DNA of 64,000 nucleotides from a virus: IMG/VR virus record IMGVR_UViG_3300025674_000019, positions 69,290 to 133,289 of that record; one strand, 5' to 3'. Shown piece by piece: positions 55,478 to 64,000 of this stretch (position 1 is its first letter; each line of letters starts with the position of its first letter). The notes under the pieces were generated by a model. It saw only the letters and a program-made list of their open reading frames with translations, ran no database searches and was not told where the DNA came from. The position numbers and the translations under genes were made by a program.

Positions 55478-57240
55478 CAGTACCTTCCTCCTGGGCCCCT
55501 GCCTATCTCGCCTGTAAGTATAGATGGAAGAGGATCAAATCCAGAGATCTGCGCAACTTCACCTTCTGTAGCAGCCTGAACCATGACTTTCTTTTGATGT
55601 CTAAAAGCAAGTCTCTGCATCCAGTTAGGGTTCAGGAGAGGAGTTCTTGTAGCTGCGGCCACTTCCGGTACAAACTTAGGCTTAGTCGCAGAAGTCTCTA
55701 CTGAGTCCAGCTTTGCTTCTCTAAAATCACGCAGCATGTCTTTGTTTACCTGAGTTCCTGCTACGTGCTGAAGAGTGTTCCTGGTTAAAACCCTACCGTG
55801 AGCATCTTTAAGCTTAGTCTTTCGGCCCGACTCATTGAACGCCTTAACGGCTGTGTTGTAGGAAACGACTTCTCCGGGAAGAATATCCCCTATACGCTCG
55901 GTAGGCTTTACGTAATTAAACTGAGCTTTTACGAGGTTCTCGAAGTGCTTAGGGTCAGCCTTGATCCCTGCTTCAGCGTATACTTCCTTCAAGGAGTTGG
56001 CCACGTAAGCCCTACCCGCCCCTAGGCCCTTATGCTTAAATATATCTGTAGGATTAGGGATACCGGAGCTCAGGACGTCGCCCGCCTCTAAGACCTGCCC
56101 TTTTTTAACTTTAAGGTCTCTCTTCGGTGGCACATAATGAGACATGCCGTTTATTTTAAGGTCAAAGCCGCCTTGAGGAGCCTTACTAATCTCTTCTACT
56201 TTACCAGAGGTCTCTGACACTGGTGCCTTGTAAGCAAAGCTCTTTGGCATCTCCACGAACTGCTTAAACGCAGCTAGGCCTCTAGGCTTATTAACATCGC
56301 CCTTCACAAGGCTCACCCCATGCTTAGAGCTAAGTGTCATCTGAGTAAGAGGCTCGGTAAGTGCCTGGCTGCTACGGATTCCAATGTTAGACCCAATATC
56401 GTAATCCTTGCCAAGTACATCTCTTCCTGTGCACTTCTGGCAGACTCCGCCATCTTTCTCGCAAGTCATAGAGGAGCGTACTTTAACCTTGCCCTTAAGA
56501 GTACGCCGTACCTTAGAGTCTACATACTTATTAGACCCAGCAAGGTATCTTCCTTCGAGGTTTTCCTTGCCGGCATCTAGCATAATACCGTTGGTTGTGC
56601 CGCAGTCTGTGTCCGAGACAACCAAGGGGCTCATGACATTGGCCATGACCTTTTGCATCTCACCGGGAGCGTAGGTACCAATAGCTGCCTGCTGCCCAAG
56701 GTCTCGTGCCTCTTGAGCAGAGATCCACGCCTCTGCAGGAGAAACACCTTCTCCGTAGCCGCGTTCTACTAAGTACGGAACAGGAGCACCCTTCTTACCG
56801 CCTACTACTACGGGAGAGGATACAGTCTTCATCAGCTGTATCATATTACCTTTAGCGCCAGACCGTGCTTGAAAGCCCATATCCCCTTGATGGGTAGAAG
56901 TGGCTTTTATCATACGAGCTTGCGCTTTAAGGAGTATATCTGTGATCTTAGCGTCCGACTTAGCGGCTTTCATCTGGCGCCGAGCATCTTTTATAATCGG
57001 ATCTCTCTTCTTGTACTCGGGCTCTATATCATCTAGGCCTACACTGAGGCCCTCGTAAGTAGAGATCTCGTCCCCAAGTCGCTTAATCTCAGGCGCAACC
57101 ACAGAGTACTTGTCTGGGTCTGCCATAGCCAGAGAGTTTAACTGAGCCTTTACGTCGTTGTGCACGAAGTTAGGGCCCACATCGTACCCCTGAGGAAGGG
57201 TAGAATTTACCAAAGCCTGACCTAGAGTCCCTCTATACAT
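55477..57240 (-). CDS. RNA polymerase beta' C-terminal half
   Basis: SGAKGN..QL, bridge helix (Y.EG.SP.E....EAR), DCGT, VRS.MTC...GVCQKC.G, trigger loop QALTEPLTQMTL..KH, GL..F, KHFE. Confidence 0.9.
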   Translation of the reverse strand: MYRGTLGQALVNSTLPQGYDVGPNFVHNDVKAQLNSLAMADPDKYSVVAPEIKRLGDEISTYEGLSVGLDDIEPEYKKRDPIIKDARRQMKAAKSDAKITDILLKAQARMIKATSTHQGDMGFQARSGAKGNMIQLMKTVSSPVVVGGKKGAPVPYLVERGYGEGVSPAEAWISAQEARDLGQQAAIGTYAPGEMQKVMANVMSPLVVSDTDCGTTNGIMLDAGKENLEGRYLAGSNKYVDSKVRRTLKGKVKVRSSMTCEKDGGVCQKCTGRDVLGKDYDIGSNIGIRSSQALTEPLTQMTLSSKHGVSLVKGDVNKPRGLAAFKQFVEMPKSFAYKAPVSETSGKVEEISKAPQGGFDLKINGMSHYVPPKRDLKVKKGQVLEAGDVLSSGIPNPTDIFKHKGLGAGRAYVANSLKEVYAEAGIKADPKHFENLVKAQFNYVKPTERIGDILPGEVVSYNTAVKAFNESGRKTKLKDAHGRVLTRNTLQHVAGTQVNKDMLRDFREAKLDSVETSATKPKFVPEVAAATRTPLLNPNWMQRLAFRHQKKVMVQAATEGEVAQISGFDPLPSILTGEIGRGPGGRY

Positions 57241-57252
57241 AGCGTACTCTCC

Positions 57253-58026
57253 TTAAGCGTAGCCCTGAGTAAACATGTTGTTGGGGCCTTTACTTACCAT
57301 CTTGTCTGCAAAGTGGCCCTCAGGAATACTGGAAGCGTATATGCCGCCGCCAAACCCGGCTACACCTCCTATAACCTTACCTTTGTTCATATCTAAGTAA
57401 GCCATAGTCCTGTCAAAGCGGTTTACGCCTTGGTTCTTAAGGAATGCGTTATAGTTGGACTTAGACGCTGCCAGCCTCTGCTGAGCTCTCGCGATATCAG
57501 CCTTGTTCTGAGACTTTAAAGCGGAGGAAAGCTGTTTCTGCCTACCCTCCAAAACTTTTTCATATTTGGCTAAGCCCCGCTGGTTCTTTACACCCCCCAT
57601 CCATCTTTGATTAGCCAGGCCACGAGAAGCGTTTAGGCCTTTGAATGCCTTCGACCCGAGAGCGCCAGCTCCGCTGAAGGCTAAGCCTCCTAGGAATCCG
57701 CCAGTAAAACCTTTAATTATATTTTCAGTCGTGTAAGATTCGGCAGTAGCCGCACCCATAGCGCCGAAACCCACAGCAGAGCCTAAAGGCCTTATAAAGT
57801 TTGGGCCCTTAGCACCAGCTAGGATCTTAACTCCTTCTTTAGCCCACCCAGGAACCGCAGCTCCAGCAGCACCAGTAAGCTTACTAACGCCCTTGCCAGC
57901 CTTCCAAGCGTTAGATATAGCTGAAATAGCAGCAGGAGAAAACGCCTCTTTGGTCAGGCCTTGGTACTCCGCTAGCGCAATCGCGCAGCCAAGATCATAA
58001 GCAATCTTTTCTTGTTCAGTAAGCAT
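57253..58026 (-). CDS. Glycine-zipper internal protein between the RNAP genes
   Basis: EKIAYDLG..AL..GLTKEA; several GxxxG helices. Confidence 0.6.
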   Translation of the reverse strand: MLTEQEKIAYDLGCAIALAEYQGLTKEAFSPAAISAISNAWKAGKGVSKLTGAAGAAVPGWAKEGVKILAGAKGPNFIRPLGSAVGFGAMGAATAESYTTENIIKGFTGGFLGGLAFSGAGALGSKAFKGLNASRGLANQRWMGGVKNQRGLAKYEKVLEGRQKQLSSALKSQNKADIARAQQRLAASKSNYNAFLKNQGVNRFDRTMAYLDMNKGKVIGGVAGFGGGIYASSIPEGHFADKMVSKGPNNMFTQGYA

Positions 58027-58035
58027 AGTAAACCC

Positions 58036-58278
58036 TTAGTTCATAAACACTGAGTCTAGGTTCTTACTCAGCTCTATTGGGTCGCTGTAGCTGTTCCCCG
58101 CCACATGCTTATTATGCTCACGCATGTTCCTAGTAACAGAATCGCTGTACTCTTCTTCAGACTTTTCTTTTATGTCTTCCTGAGAAGAAGTCTGCTCAAT
58201 AGCTACTTGCTGGAACTGGTTGGCGTTAGCTAGGGCTAGCTTTACGCCGATGTTGTAGGCTAACTCTAGCTTGTTCAT
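58036..58278 (-). CDS. Small internal protein
   Basis: LAYNIGVKLAL N-terminal motif shared with the neighbour. Confidence 0.55.
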   Translation of the reverse strand: MNKLELAYNIGVKLALANANQFQQVAIEQTSSQEDIKEKSEEEYSDSVTRNMREHNKHVAGNSYSDPIELSKNLDSVFMN

Positions 58279-58283
58279 TTTTA

Positions 58284-61200
58284 CTATTTCCTTATCACTA
58301 CGGGGTCATTTAAGTTTATGGTCCCAGCTCTGTAGGCGGCTAGTGCCTCGCCCCTAGTATTAAAAGTAGTAGTAGCTTTGTTAGACTTTTTAGCCATTCC
58401 GGCCATCTGCATACCTGCTACCGCTTCCATCGCAGGAGTAGCGAGGGCCTTGCCGTGAGTGATATCTCCGAATACGTTTCTAGAAACCATCATCTTCTTA
58501 GCGTCTTTTATGCCTGCGTCTGTAGCAGGAAGATGGACCTGTAGCGCATCTCCGTCGTAGTCAAGGTTCATACCCTTCTCTATAAAGGGGTTAACCTGTA
58601 TGGTCTTACCCTTCACTAACTTAGGGTAGCTACCCACTAGTCCGTGCTTGTAGAGAGTAGGCGCTCTGTTAAGTATTACAGGCCGCTTATTCATCTCTGC
58701 TATGAGCTCATTTCTAGCAGTAGAGTCCCTATCTTCTATTCTCTTTTTAGCATCAAGGGCACCCATACCTCTCTTTACGAGATTCTTAGTCACGTACGGA
58801 GTGTACATGCTCCAAGCCATTTCTTCAGGTAAGCCCACTTCGTCCATATTTAAGGAAGGATCTGGGGCTGCAGTTCCTCGGCCTGTAAGGTTGAGCCTCT
58901 TTGTAAGCATCTTCCCTATGTAAAAGCCGGACTTAGTTCCTGCAATAGTGTTTACTATTCCCTTTGTGCCTGCCTGCTCCAGCTTAGGAGTAGCAGGCTT
59001 ATCTAGTCCAACTACGGCCCCAACCGTCTGCTGCATGTGCTTACGAACATCTTTAATATCTTCGTCAGCCAAGCCAAGCTTCTTTGCCTGCTTAAAAGCA
59101 TCTGCAGCCTGGATAGTATCTTTGTACAGATGATTGATATCAGAGACCAGTAGGTCCCCGGACTTAGATGGAACTATAGGTCGCATATTTGGAGGAAGAA
59201 CTGAGATGTTCTTCATCATATACGCATCGCCAGCCTTAAGGTTGTTCTTCTTAAGAGCTCTAAGCGCCTTAATTTGTTTAAGCTGGTTATCTCGTTCTGC
59301 GCCCTTTACCTTACCTACTGTCTGCCCCAGAGATCGTAACTTTGACTCAGTATCTATGGCGTTAAGCTCTTTACGAATGGCTTCTCCACCTCTCTCGGCC
59401 AAGTCGTTATCCAGGTCCTTTTGAGACTTACCTAGTAGCCTTCTAGAGGCATCTTTAAACAGGGGATTCATAACAGACTCTGGTAGCTCAATGTGAGACC
59501 ACCTGTTACCAGTGAGACCACCTGTTTTCCCTAAGTCAAACAGTCCTCCAGACTCTGGGCGCAAGTCCTTAGCAGTAACCATCTTAGAGTTGTTGATAGC
59601 CCCATGAGACATCTGCTTAACTTCGCCGTCAGTCATGGGAACTAGGGACACGTTGTTGCCCTGACGGTTATACTTAAGGCCTGCCCCTGCTAGCATACCT
59701 TTGAACTTGTTAAACACTGGGCTCTGCTCTGGCTGAGGGATTGGCCTATTGAGCTGGACAGCTCGCCAGTACTCGGAGTTCTTAGATCCCTTAATAGTCG
59801 CATTCTCTTTGAGAATATCCCGAGCATCATGGGCAAGGACAGAGTTAATCTCCATCATACCCATACCCTTAGCCCCCGCAGAACCTCCTCTAGCTGGGGC
59901 GTCATTAAGGTCGTAGCCGCCCTCGATTCCTCTAGCGCTAAAGTTAGTCTCAGTACTCTTAAATAGCTTGTAAGTATACTGAGGGCCTACCATTATCCCT
60001 TTGATCTTCTTACCTGTAATAGGATCAAAGACTGTTTCTTTATCTTTTAAGCCATGCTCTTTGAGCATCTTTTTGGCCATCTTTACGTTGTTTACCTTCT
60101 GAAACTGAGGAACAACAACCGGCTTACCGGTCTTGTCAGCAACCTTAGCTAGAGCAGTCTCCACAACCTGCGCAGGGTTAATACGGGATACAACTCCAAC
60201 GCTAGTCCAGAGCATATCTAAGGGCTTGCCCTTCTCATCCTGGACCATCTCTTCGTCTTCTATAATCTTACTGATTACGCCTTTACCGCCGTACCGGTTA
60301 GCTACCTTATCTCCTACCTTAGAAGGATTCTCACTCTTAATAGTGACAGTGACCTGCTTGTGCCCTCTCTCTACGTCAAGGACCTCCCCTTCTACGTCTT
60401 TATCCCAGACCAGTGAGTCATCAGAAAAAGTCCTACGTAGAGACTTATGTATCTTACCGAACATTTTATTCTCTACAGAAGGCTCCGCTTTCCTTAGCAC
60501 TGTCGCTATAGGGTCGCCCTTCTTAATCTTCATCCCAGGCTTAATTACTCCTGAGTCGAGCTTACCGTACTGGTCTTTGTTAAACTCTTTTGGAAAGTTA
60601 GAGAAGTGCTTCTTTGTGTCTAGGTGAGTGTCTTTATCTAAAGGTATAACCTTCTTTACGACCTCTACACTTGTCATTTTGTTAGCCGCGCTGCGGGATA
60701 CCACAACAGCGTCATTGGAGTTTAGGCCCTGGTACGCCATGTAGCCGACCTTAAGGTTCTTCCCGAGAGCTAAGGTACCGTTTCTAGTAAAGTTGCTGTC
60801 AGCGAGAGCTTCGCCCTTAGCCACCTTATCGCCCTTCTTTAGCTTAACCTCGTGATGCATCATAGTCTTAGATGCCATAGGGAAGTTAGTAGCGTACGGT
60901 ACCTTGTGGGTCTTGCCACTATTGCCCTTAATATGGATGAAGTCCTTATCTACTTTAGAGACTACCCCCGCTTCTCTCGCACGGGGGAGAGTAGCAACTC
61001 CTATGGTTGTTTCCATAGACTGCTCTCTGTCTGTGACAGAGTCATCCTTGGACTGGACTAGTGGGACTTCCCTGTCTTTAAGGCTCAAAGCCTGCGTAGA
61101 GTACTTAGCGCCCATGCTTAGTCGGTTACCTTGGCTAGACTCGATCATAGGCACTAAGTTAGTAGCTATTCCGTGCATACTGTTAGGGCTATCTACTTGG

Positions 61201-62651
61201 TACTTAACGTCTTTAGGCTTCAGCTTGCGCACTGTTCCTTTTGTAAAGGTATCAACGTTGCCCTTCGTAACCTCCTGGTTGGGAAAAGCGATGTTAGTGT
61301 TCATAACCTCGCTAGATGGAACGTACTTTCTTTTTCCAGTCTTAATGTCTTTTACTGGTGTGTACAGATTTCCATCTTTGTCTTTCATGGCGCCCAGGGA
61401 CATTCTAGTAGATATACCTATCTGCCCTGACTCAGGAGTTCTATAAGGGTCCATCACCCCAAAGTTGCTGGAGTGAAGAAGCCTTACGCTGGAAGGCACT
61501 GCTCGTGCGCTGCTGATGCCTCCTTCTCCTAGGCGAGTAACTGCAGACGCGCTGTCTAGGATCTCCACCGGATTAATCTGGCTTGGAAGTTGCGCAAGCT
61601 GGCTCGTAGTAATAAAGCTGCGAAGCGTAGGAGTGAGCGCCGAACTGGGGAGAATCTCGTCTACCTTTTTACGGCTCGTAACGTCCGCTTTATTTCTGAA
61701 CTTAAACCCTATCTCGTGCTTTTTAACCTCTAAGCGCTCTTTTATGAAGTCTTCAGGGGAGACTAACTTCTGAAACTCTAGAGAATCTCGGTCGTCCTCT
61801 GGCTCCTCTTCGTTGTAAACCTTAAGGATCTTGTTCCCTGCCTGAAGTAGAGTCTGAGCGCTTACTCGATCATGGCTCTGCCCTAGAGTCTTCTTGGTTA
61901 CGCCTGCATCTATTCGAGTCTTCTCAAACTCTTCGCTAATAGCTCTCTGCTTATCTAGAATGCTAGCGTGAACCCTCTTAGAAGGCGGAACAATCTTAGA
62001 GTAGATCTTATTAATGTGGGACTCTCTGTTGGAGTCGAACTTATCTCGGTTGCGGTCCGCTAGCTCTTTACCAAAGCTCTTCTGGATGTCTTGGTGAGAA
62101 GCGCCCATGCCCCTAAGAACAGAGTATGCGGGTATCTTAGTAGTGCCGTACTCTATGTTCATGTCCCCAGTTTCTGGAGTCATGGACATACGAAAGTTCT
62201 GGCCCTTAGAGAGGTTAAAGCTTGCCTCTATATCCTCGTTTTCCCGCCTACGAGTGTAAACTCCAGGCCGAGTACGAAGCTGATGCATAAGAGAATACTC
62301 ATTGCCACCTACAACCATAGTCTGGTTGTTAGTGACATGTGGTACTCTCATAAGAGTGTGGTTCTTCTTTTGATCTATAATCTTACCGGTCTTGCGGTCC
62401 TTAATAGTAACGTTAGCCTTAACACTCTCATTAAGCGACCCGCCGAGCATAAGAGCCTTCTTGTGGTCGTTATAGGAGAAGTCTTTAGCCTCTACCTTAG
62501 GGGTAGATATATGGATCTCCCTGTGAGTCCCAATAATAGGGAAGAGGCTCTGTACGCCCTCTACTGCGGCGTTCCTAACCCTGTCTCTTTTTTCATCCAC
62601 ATTCATGATGATAGGGCTGAGACCATCGGATGATTCTTTAATCATAGACAT
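58284..62651 (-). CDS. RNA polymerase beta fused to the beta' N-terminal half
   Basis: beta motifs: G.E...QL.T.PGVY, TPESGQIG, NR..MGA...QAL, G.N..DAVVVS, GDKVANRYGGKGVIS, SRINP.Q, Y.YKL, G.K.G.ME; beta' motifs: GGLFD, HIELP, LPP.MRP, SD.N.LY, KR....R, LNRAPTL, NLDYDGD. Confidence 0.93.
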   Translation of the reverse strand: MSMIKESSDGLSPIIMNVDEKRDRVRNAAVEGVQSLFPIIGTHREIHISTPKVEAKDFSYNDHKKALMLGGSLNESVKANVTIKDRKTGKIIDQKKNHTLMRVPHVTNNQTMVVGGNEYSLMHQLRTRPGVYTRRRENEDIEASFNLSKGQNFRMSMTPETGDMNIEYGTTKIPAYSVLRGMGASHQDIQKSFGKELADRNRDKFDSNRESHINKIYSKIVPPSKRVHASILDKQRAISEEFEKTRIDAGVTKKTLGQSHDRVSAQTLLQAGNKILKVYNEEEPEDDRDSLEFQKLVSPEDFIKERLEVKKHEIGFKFRNKADVTSRKKVDEILPSSALTPTLRSFITTSQLAQLPSQINPVEILDSASAVTRLGEGGISSARAVPSSVRLLHSSNFGVMDPYRTPESGQIGISTRMSLGAMKDKDGNLYTPVKDIKTGKRKYVPSSEVMNTNIAFPNQEVTKGNVDTFTKGTVRKLKPKDVKYQVDSPNSMHGIATNLVPMIESSQGNRLSMGAKYSTQALSLKDREVPLVQSKDDSVTDREQSMETTIGVATLPRAREAGVVSKVDKDFIHIKGNSGKTHKVPYATNFPMASKTMMHHEVKLKKGDKVAKGEALADSNFTRNGTLALGKNLKVGYMAYQGLNSNDAVVVSRSAANKMTSVEVVKKVIPLDKDTHLDTKKHFSNFPKEFNKDQYGKLDSGVIKPGMKIKKGDPIATVLRKAEPSVENKMFGKIHKSLRRTFSDDSLVWDKDVEGEVLDVERGHKQVTVTIKSENPSKVGDKVANRYGGKGVISKIIEDEEMVQDEKGKPLDMLWTSVGVVSRINPAQVVETALAKVADKTGKPVVVPQFQKVNNVKMAKKMLKEHGLKDKETVFDPITGKKIKGIMVGPQYTYKLFKSTETNFSARGIEGGYDLNDAPARGGSAGAKGMGMMEINSVLAHDARDILKENATIKGSKNSEYWRAVQLNRPIPQPEQSPVFNKFKGMLAGAGLKYNRQGNNVSLVPMTDGEVKQMSHGAINNSKMVTAKDLRPESGGLFDLGKTGGLTGNRWSHIELPESVMNPLFKDASRRLLGKSQKDLDNDLAERGGEAIRKELNAIDTESKLRSLGQTVGKVKGAERDNQLKQIKALRALKKNNLKAGDAYMMKNISVLPPNMRPIVPSKSGDLLVSDINHLYKDTIQAADAFKQAKKLGLADEDIKDVRKHMQQTVGAVVGLDKPATPKLEQAGTKGIVNTIAGTKSGFYIGKMLTKRLNLTGRGTAAPDPSLNMDEVGLPEEMAWSMYTPYVTKNLVKRGMGALDAKKRIEDRDSTARNELIAEMNKRPVILNRAPTLYKHGLVGSYPKLVKGKTIQVNPFIEKGMNLDYDGDALQVHLPATDAGIKDAKKMMVSRNVFGDITHGKALATPAMEAVAGMQMAGMAKKSNKATTTFNTRGEALAAYRAGTINLNDPVVIRK

Positions 62652-62661
62652 AGTCTACTCC

Positions 62662-62699
62662 ACGCAAAATCGGCACCTAATTATGACACAAGTATGTGG
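62662..62699 (+). promoter_or_regulatory. Putative early promoter, divergent from the RNAP gene
   Basis: ACGCAAAA-N14-TGACACAAGTATGTG, same spacing as copy B. Confidence 0.55.
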
Positions 62700-62835
62700 T
62701 CGCAGCAACTACGCTTGTATGTGGACAAGATTGCGACTAGCCCTACTTAAAAGTACGGCTCAAAACACCAGCTGTCTCTCGATAGACTTCCACGTTAGCT
62801 GGTGCAACCTTCTGTCACAGAAGGGAGTGTTCTAA

Positions 62836-64000
62836 ATGGGTAAGTCCAAGAACGCTAATAATAAGAACAGCGCCGGTATTGGCGCTAAGGCTCGTAAGGG
62901 CCAGGCTCGTAAGAGCAACAAGGGCCGTATGGGCCCAAGCGCTGCCGAGGCGCGGCTCCACCAAGATGTGGAGCGGGCGGGGAAACTCGCTGAGCAGATC
63001 GCCAAGGGGACGGCGACTGCAGGAGCTGCCAATGAGCTCCGCGGCCTGTTGGAGGCTGAGCTTCGCGGCGGTCGCGGAGCCGAAGGGCTGAAGCGGCTCT
63101 GGGCCGCTCTGGAGACTCTAGTCTCCGCCTCTGAGGCTAAGCGCCTCAAGTCGGCGGGGGATCTGGGCGCGCCGACAGCCACTGCTCTCCTCAGCCTCTT
63201 GGAGGGGCTCGGTTCAGATCGCTTCAGCGGAAGCACTGATCCCTTAGAGCTCCTGCGCCGGCTCCGAGGCCTTGTTCTCAAGAACAGGGTGTTCGGGGGG
63301 CGCGGGGAGGAGGGCCGCACCATCTGGAACAACTCGCCTCACAAGCGAGTATTCCTTGGAAACGTTCCCGAGGTCGAAGACCTCAACGCTGCGGGGTCGG
63401 CGTTTGAAGGGGCGCTTCTTGTGGTGGTGGAGCCGGGGGCGAGCTTTAACCTCCCTCAGGGTGCAGTTGCGTGGACCACGCATCTTGTACCCTGCGAAGA
63501 GGGCAAGGGCTCGAAAGAGCTGCGGGCCCTCTTCGCCCCCAAGGCGCTTGTGCACTCCGTCCTCCGGGTGGAGGGGCAGGAGGATGAAGCGGTGAGCGAG
63601 GTGAAGGAGGTGGGCCTGCGCTCCCTCTGCAGCCTCATCCTGGAGAGGGCGCTGGTTCCAGTGCCCTCCGGGGACGGGAGCGAGGCGAAGCTCCGCCCAC
63701 TCCAGGGCCTCGCCCTCGTCGGCCGCGTGTTCGCGGCAGCAGCGGGCCTCGGGGAGGTCGTAAAGGCGTCCATCCGGGCCACCGAACTCCTGGAAGGCTG
63801 GGAGGGGCGAGAGAAGAGCCGCTCCTACGCCTTCTGCTTAGAGACCGCGGAGGCGTGCGGTCTCAAAGGGCGGGAGTGGTCACTGGAGCCGCAGCGAGTC
63901 CGCGCTGCGGAGATCTTGGCAGAGGCTGCGTTCTCGGCAGAGTTCGCAGAGGGTCCCGCCGCGGCCTGCTGGCAGTACGACGCCGAGACATACTCCCATC
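62836..64000 (+). CDS. GC-rich hypothetical early protein, truncated by the window end
   Basis: AAGGGAG RBS, ATG 62836, MGKSKNANNKNSAGIGAK...; absent from the ORF track, consistent with no stop before the window end. Confidence 0.65.
   Translation, partial: MGKSKNANNKNSAGIGAKARKGQARKSNKGRMGPSAAEARLHQDVERAGKLAEQIAKGTATAGAANELRGLLEAELRGGRGAEGLKRLWAALETLVSASEAKRLKSAGDLGAPTATALLSLLEGLGSDRFSGSTDPLELLRRLRGLVLKNRVFGGRGEEGRTIWNNSPHKRVFLGNVPEVEDLNAAGSAFEGALLVVVEPGASFNLPQGAVAWTTHLVPCEEGKGSKELRALFAPKALVHSVLRVEGQEDEAVSEVKEVGLRSLCSLILERALVPVPSGDGSEAKLRPLQGLALVGRVFAAAAGLGEVVKASIRATELLEGWEGREKSRSYAFCLETAEACGLKGREWSLEPQRVRAAEILAEAAFSAEFAEGPAAACWQYDAETYSH

Noticed and set aside
55477-62651. Host rpoB/rpoC locus or chimeric assembly
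   Set aside because: No ribosomal protein neighbours, altered split point and catalytic motif, and interleaving with phage head genes of the same composition
62832-63782. Minus-strand and alternate-frame ORFs at the right end
   Set aside because: Shadows of the GC-rich plus-strand gene starting at 62836, which has the promoter motif and RBS

Overview
This window is part of a large (jumbo-type) tailed phage genome with a contractile tail. It is not a cellular chromosome. Left part (1-11.9 kb): early/accessory region with six tRNAs, an Imm-like superinfection protein, two tandem DenV-like glycosylases, a nucleotidyltransferase-like protein, PhoH, and a ~620-nt highly paired non-coding RNA. It also holds small GC-rich gene cassettes bounded by a repeated terminator+promoter element, consensus about RCRCAAA-N15-TGNCATAAG. 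From ~12 to 62.7 kb the minus strand carries a virion module. In order of transcription it encodes: a bacterial-type RNA polymerase (beta fused to the N-half of beta', C-half of beta' separate), about 15 head-associated proteins rich in a K-x-A(S) motif, a prohead protease, decoration and major capsid proteins, collagen and repeat fibres, a lysis cassette, neck, sheath, tube, an amidase, a spike, and multi-domain polyproteins. The most notable system is a set of apparent cargo polyproteins in which unrelated modules are joined by K-x-A(S/G) linkers. The modules include HNH, ADP-ribosyltransferase-like, PAP2 phosphatase, FMN reductase, DUF5872-like, DUF5754-like and a frameshift-linked spermidine-synthase-like domain. 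The same motif occurs near the capsid N-terminus and in the protease, suggesting protease-processed, head-packaged effector delivery. All family names come from motif recognition by eye; no searches were run.
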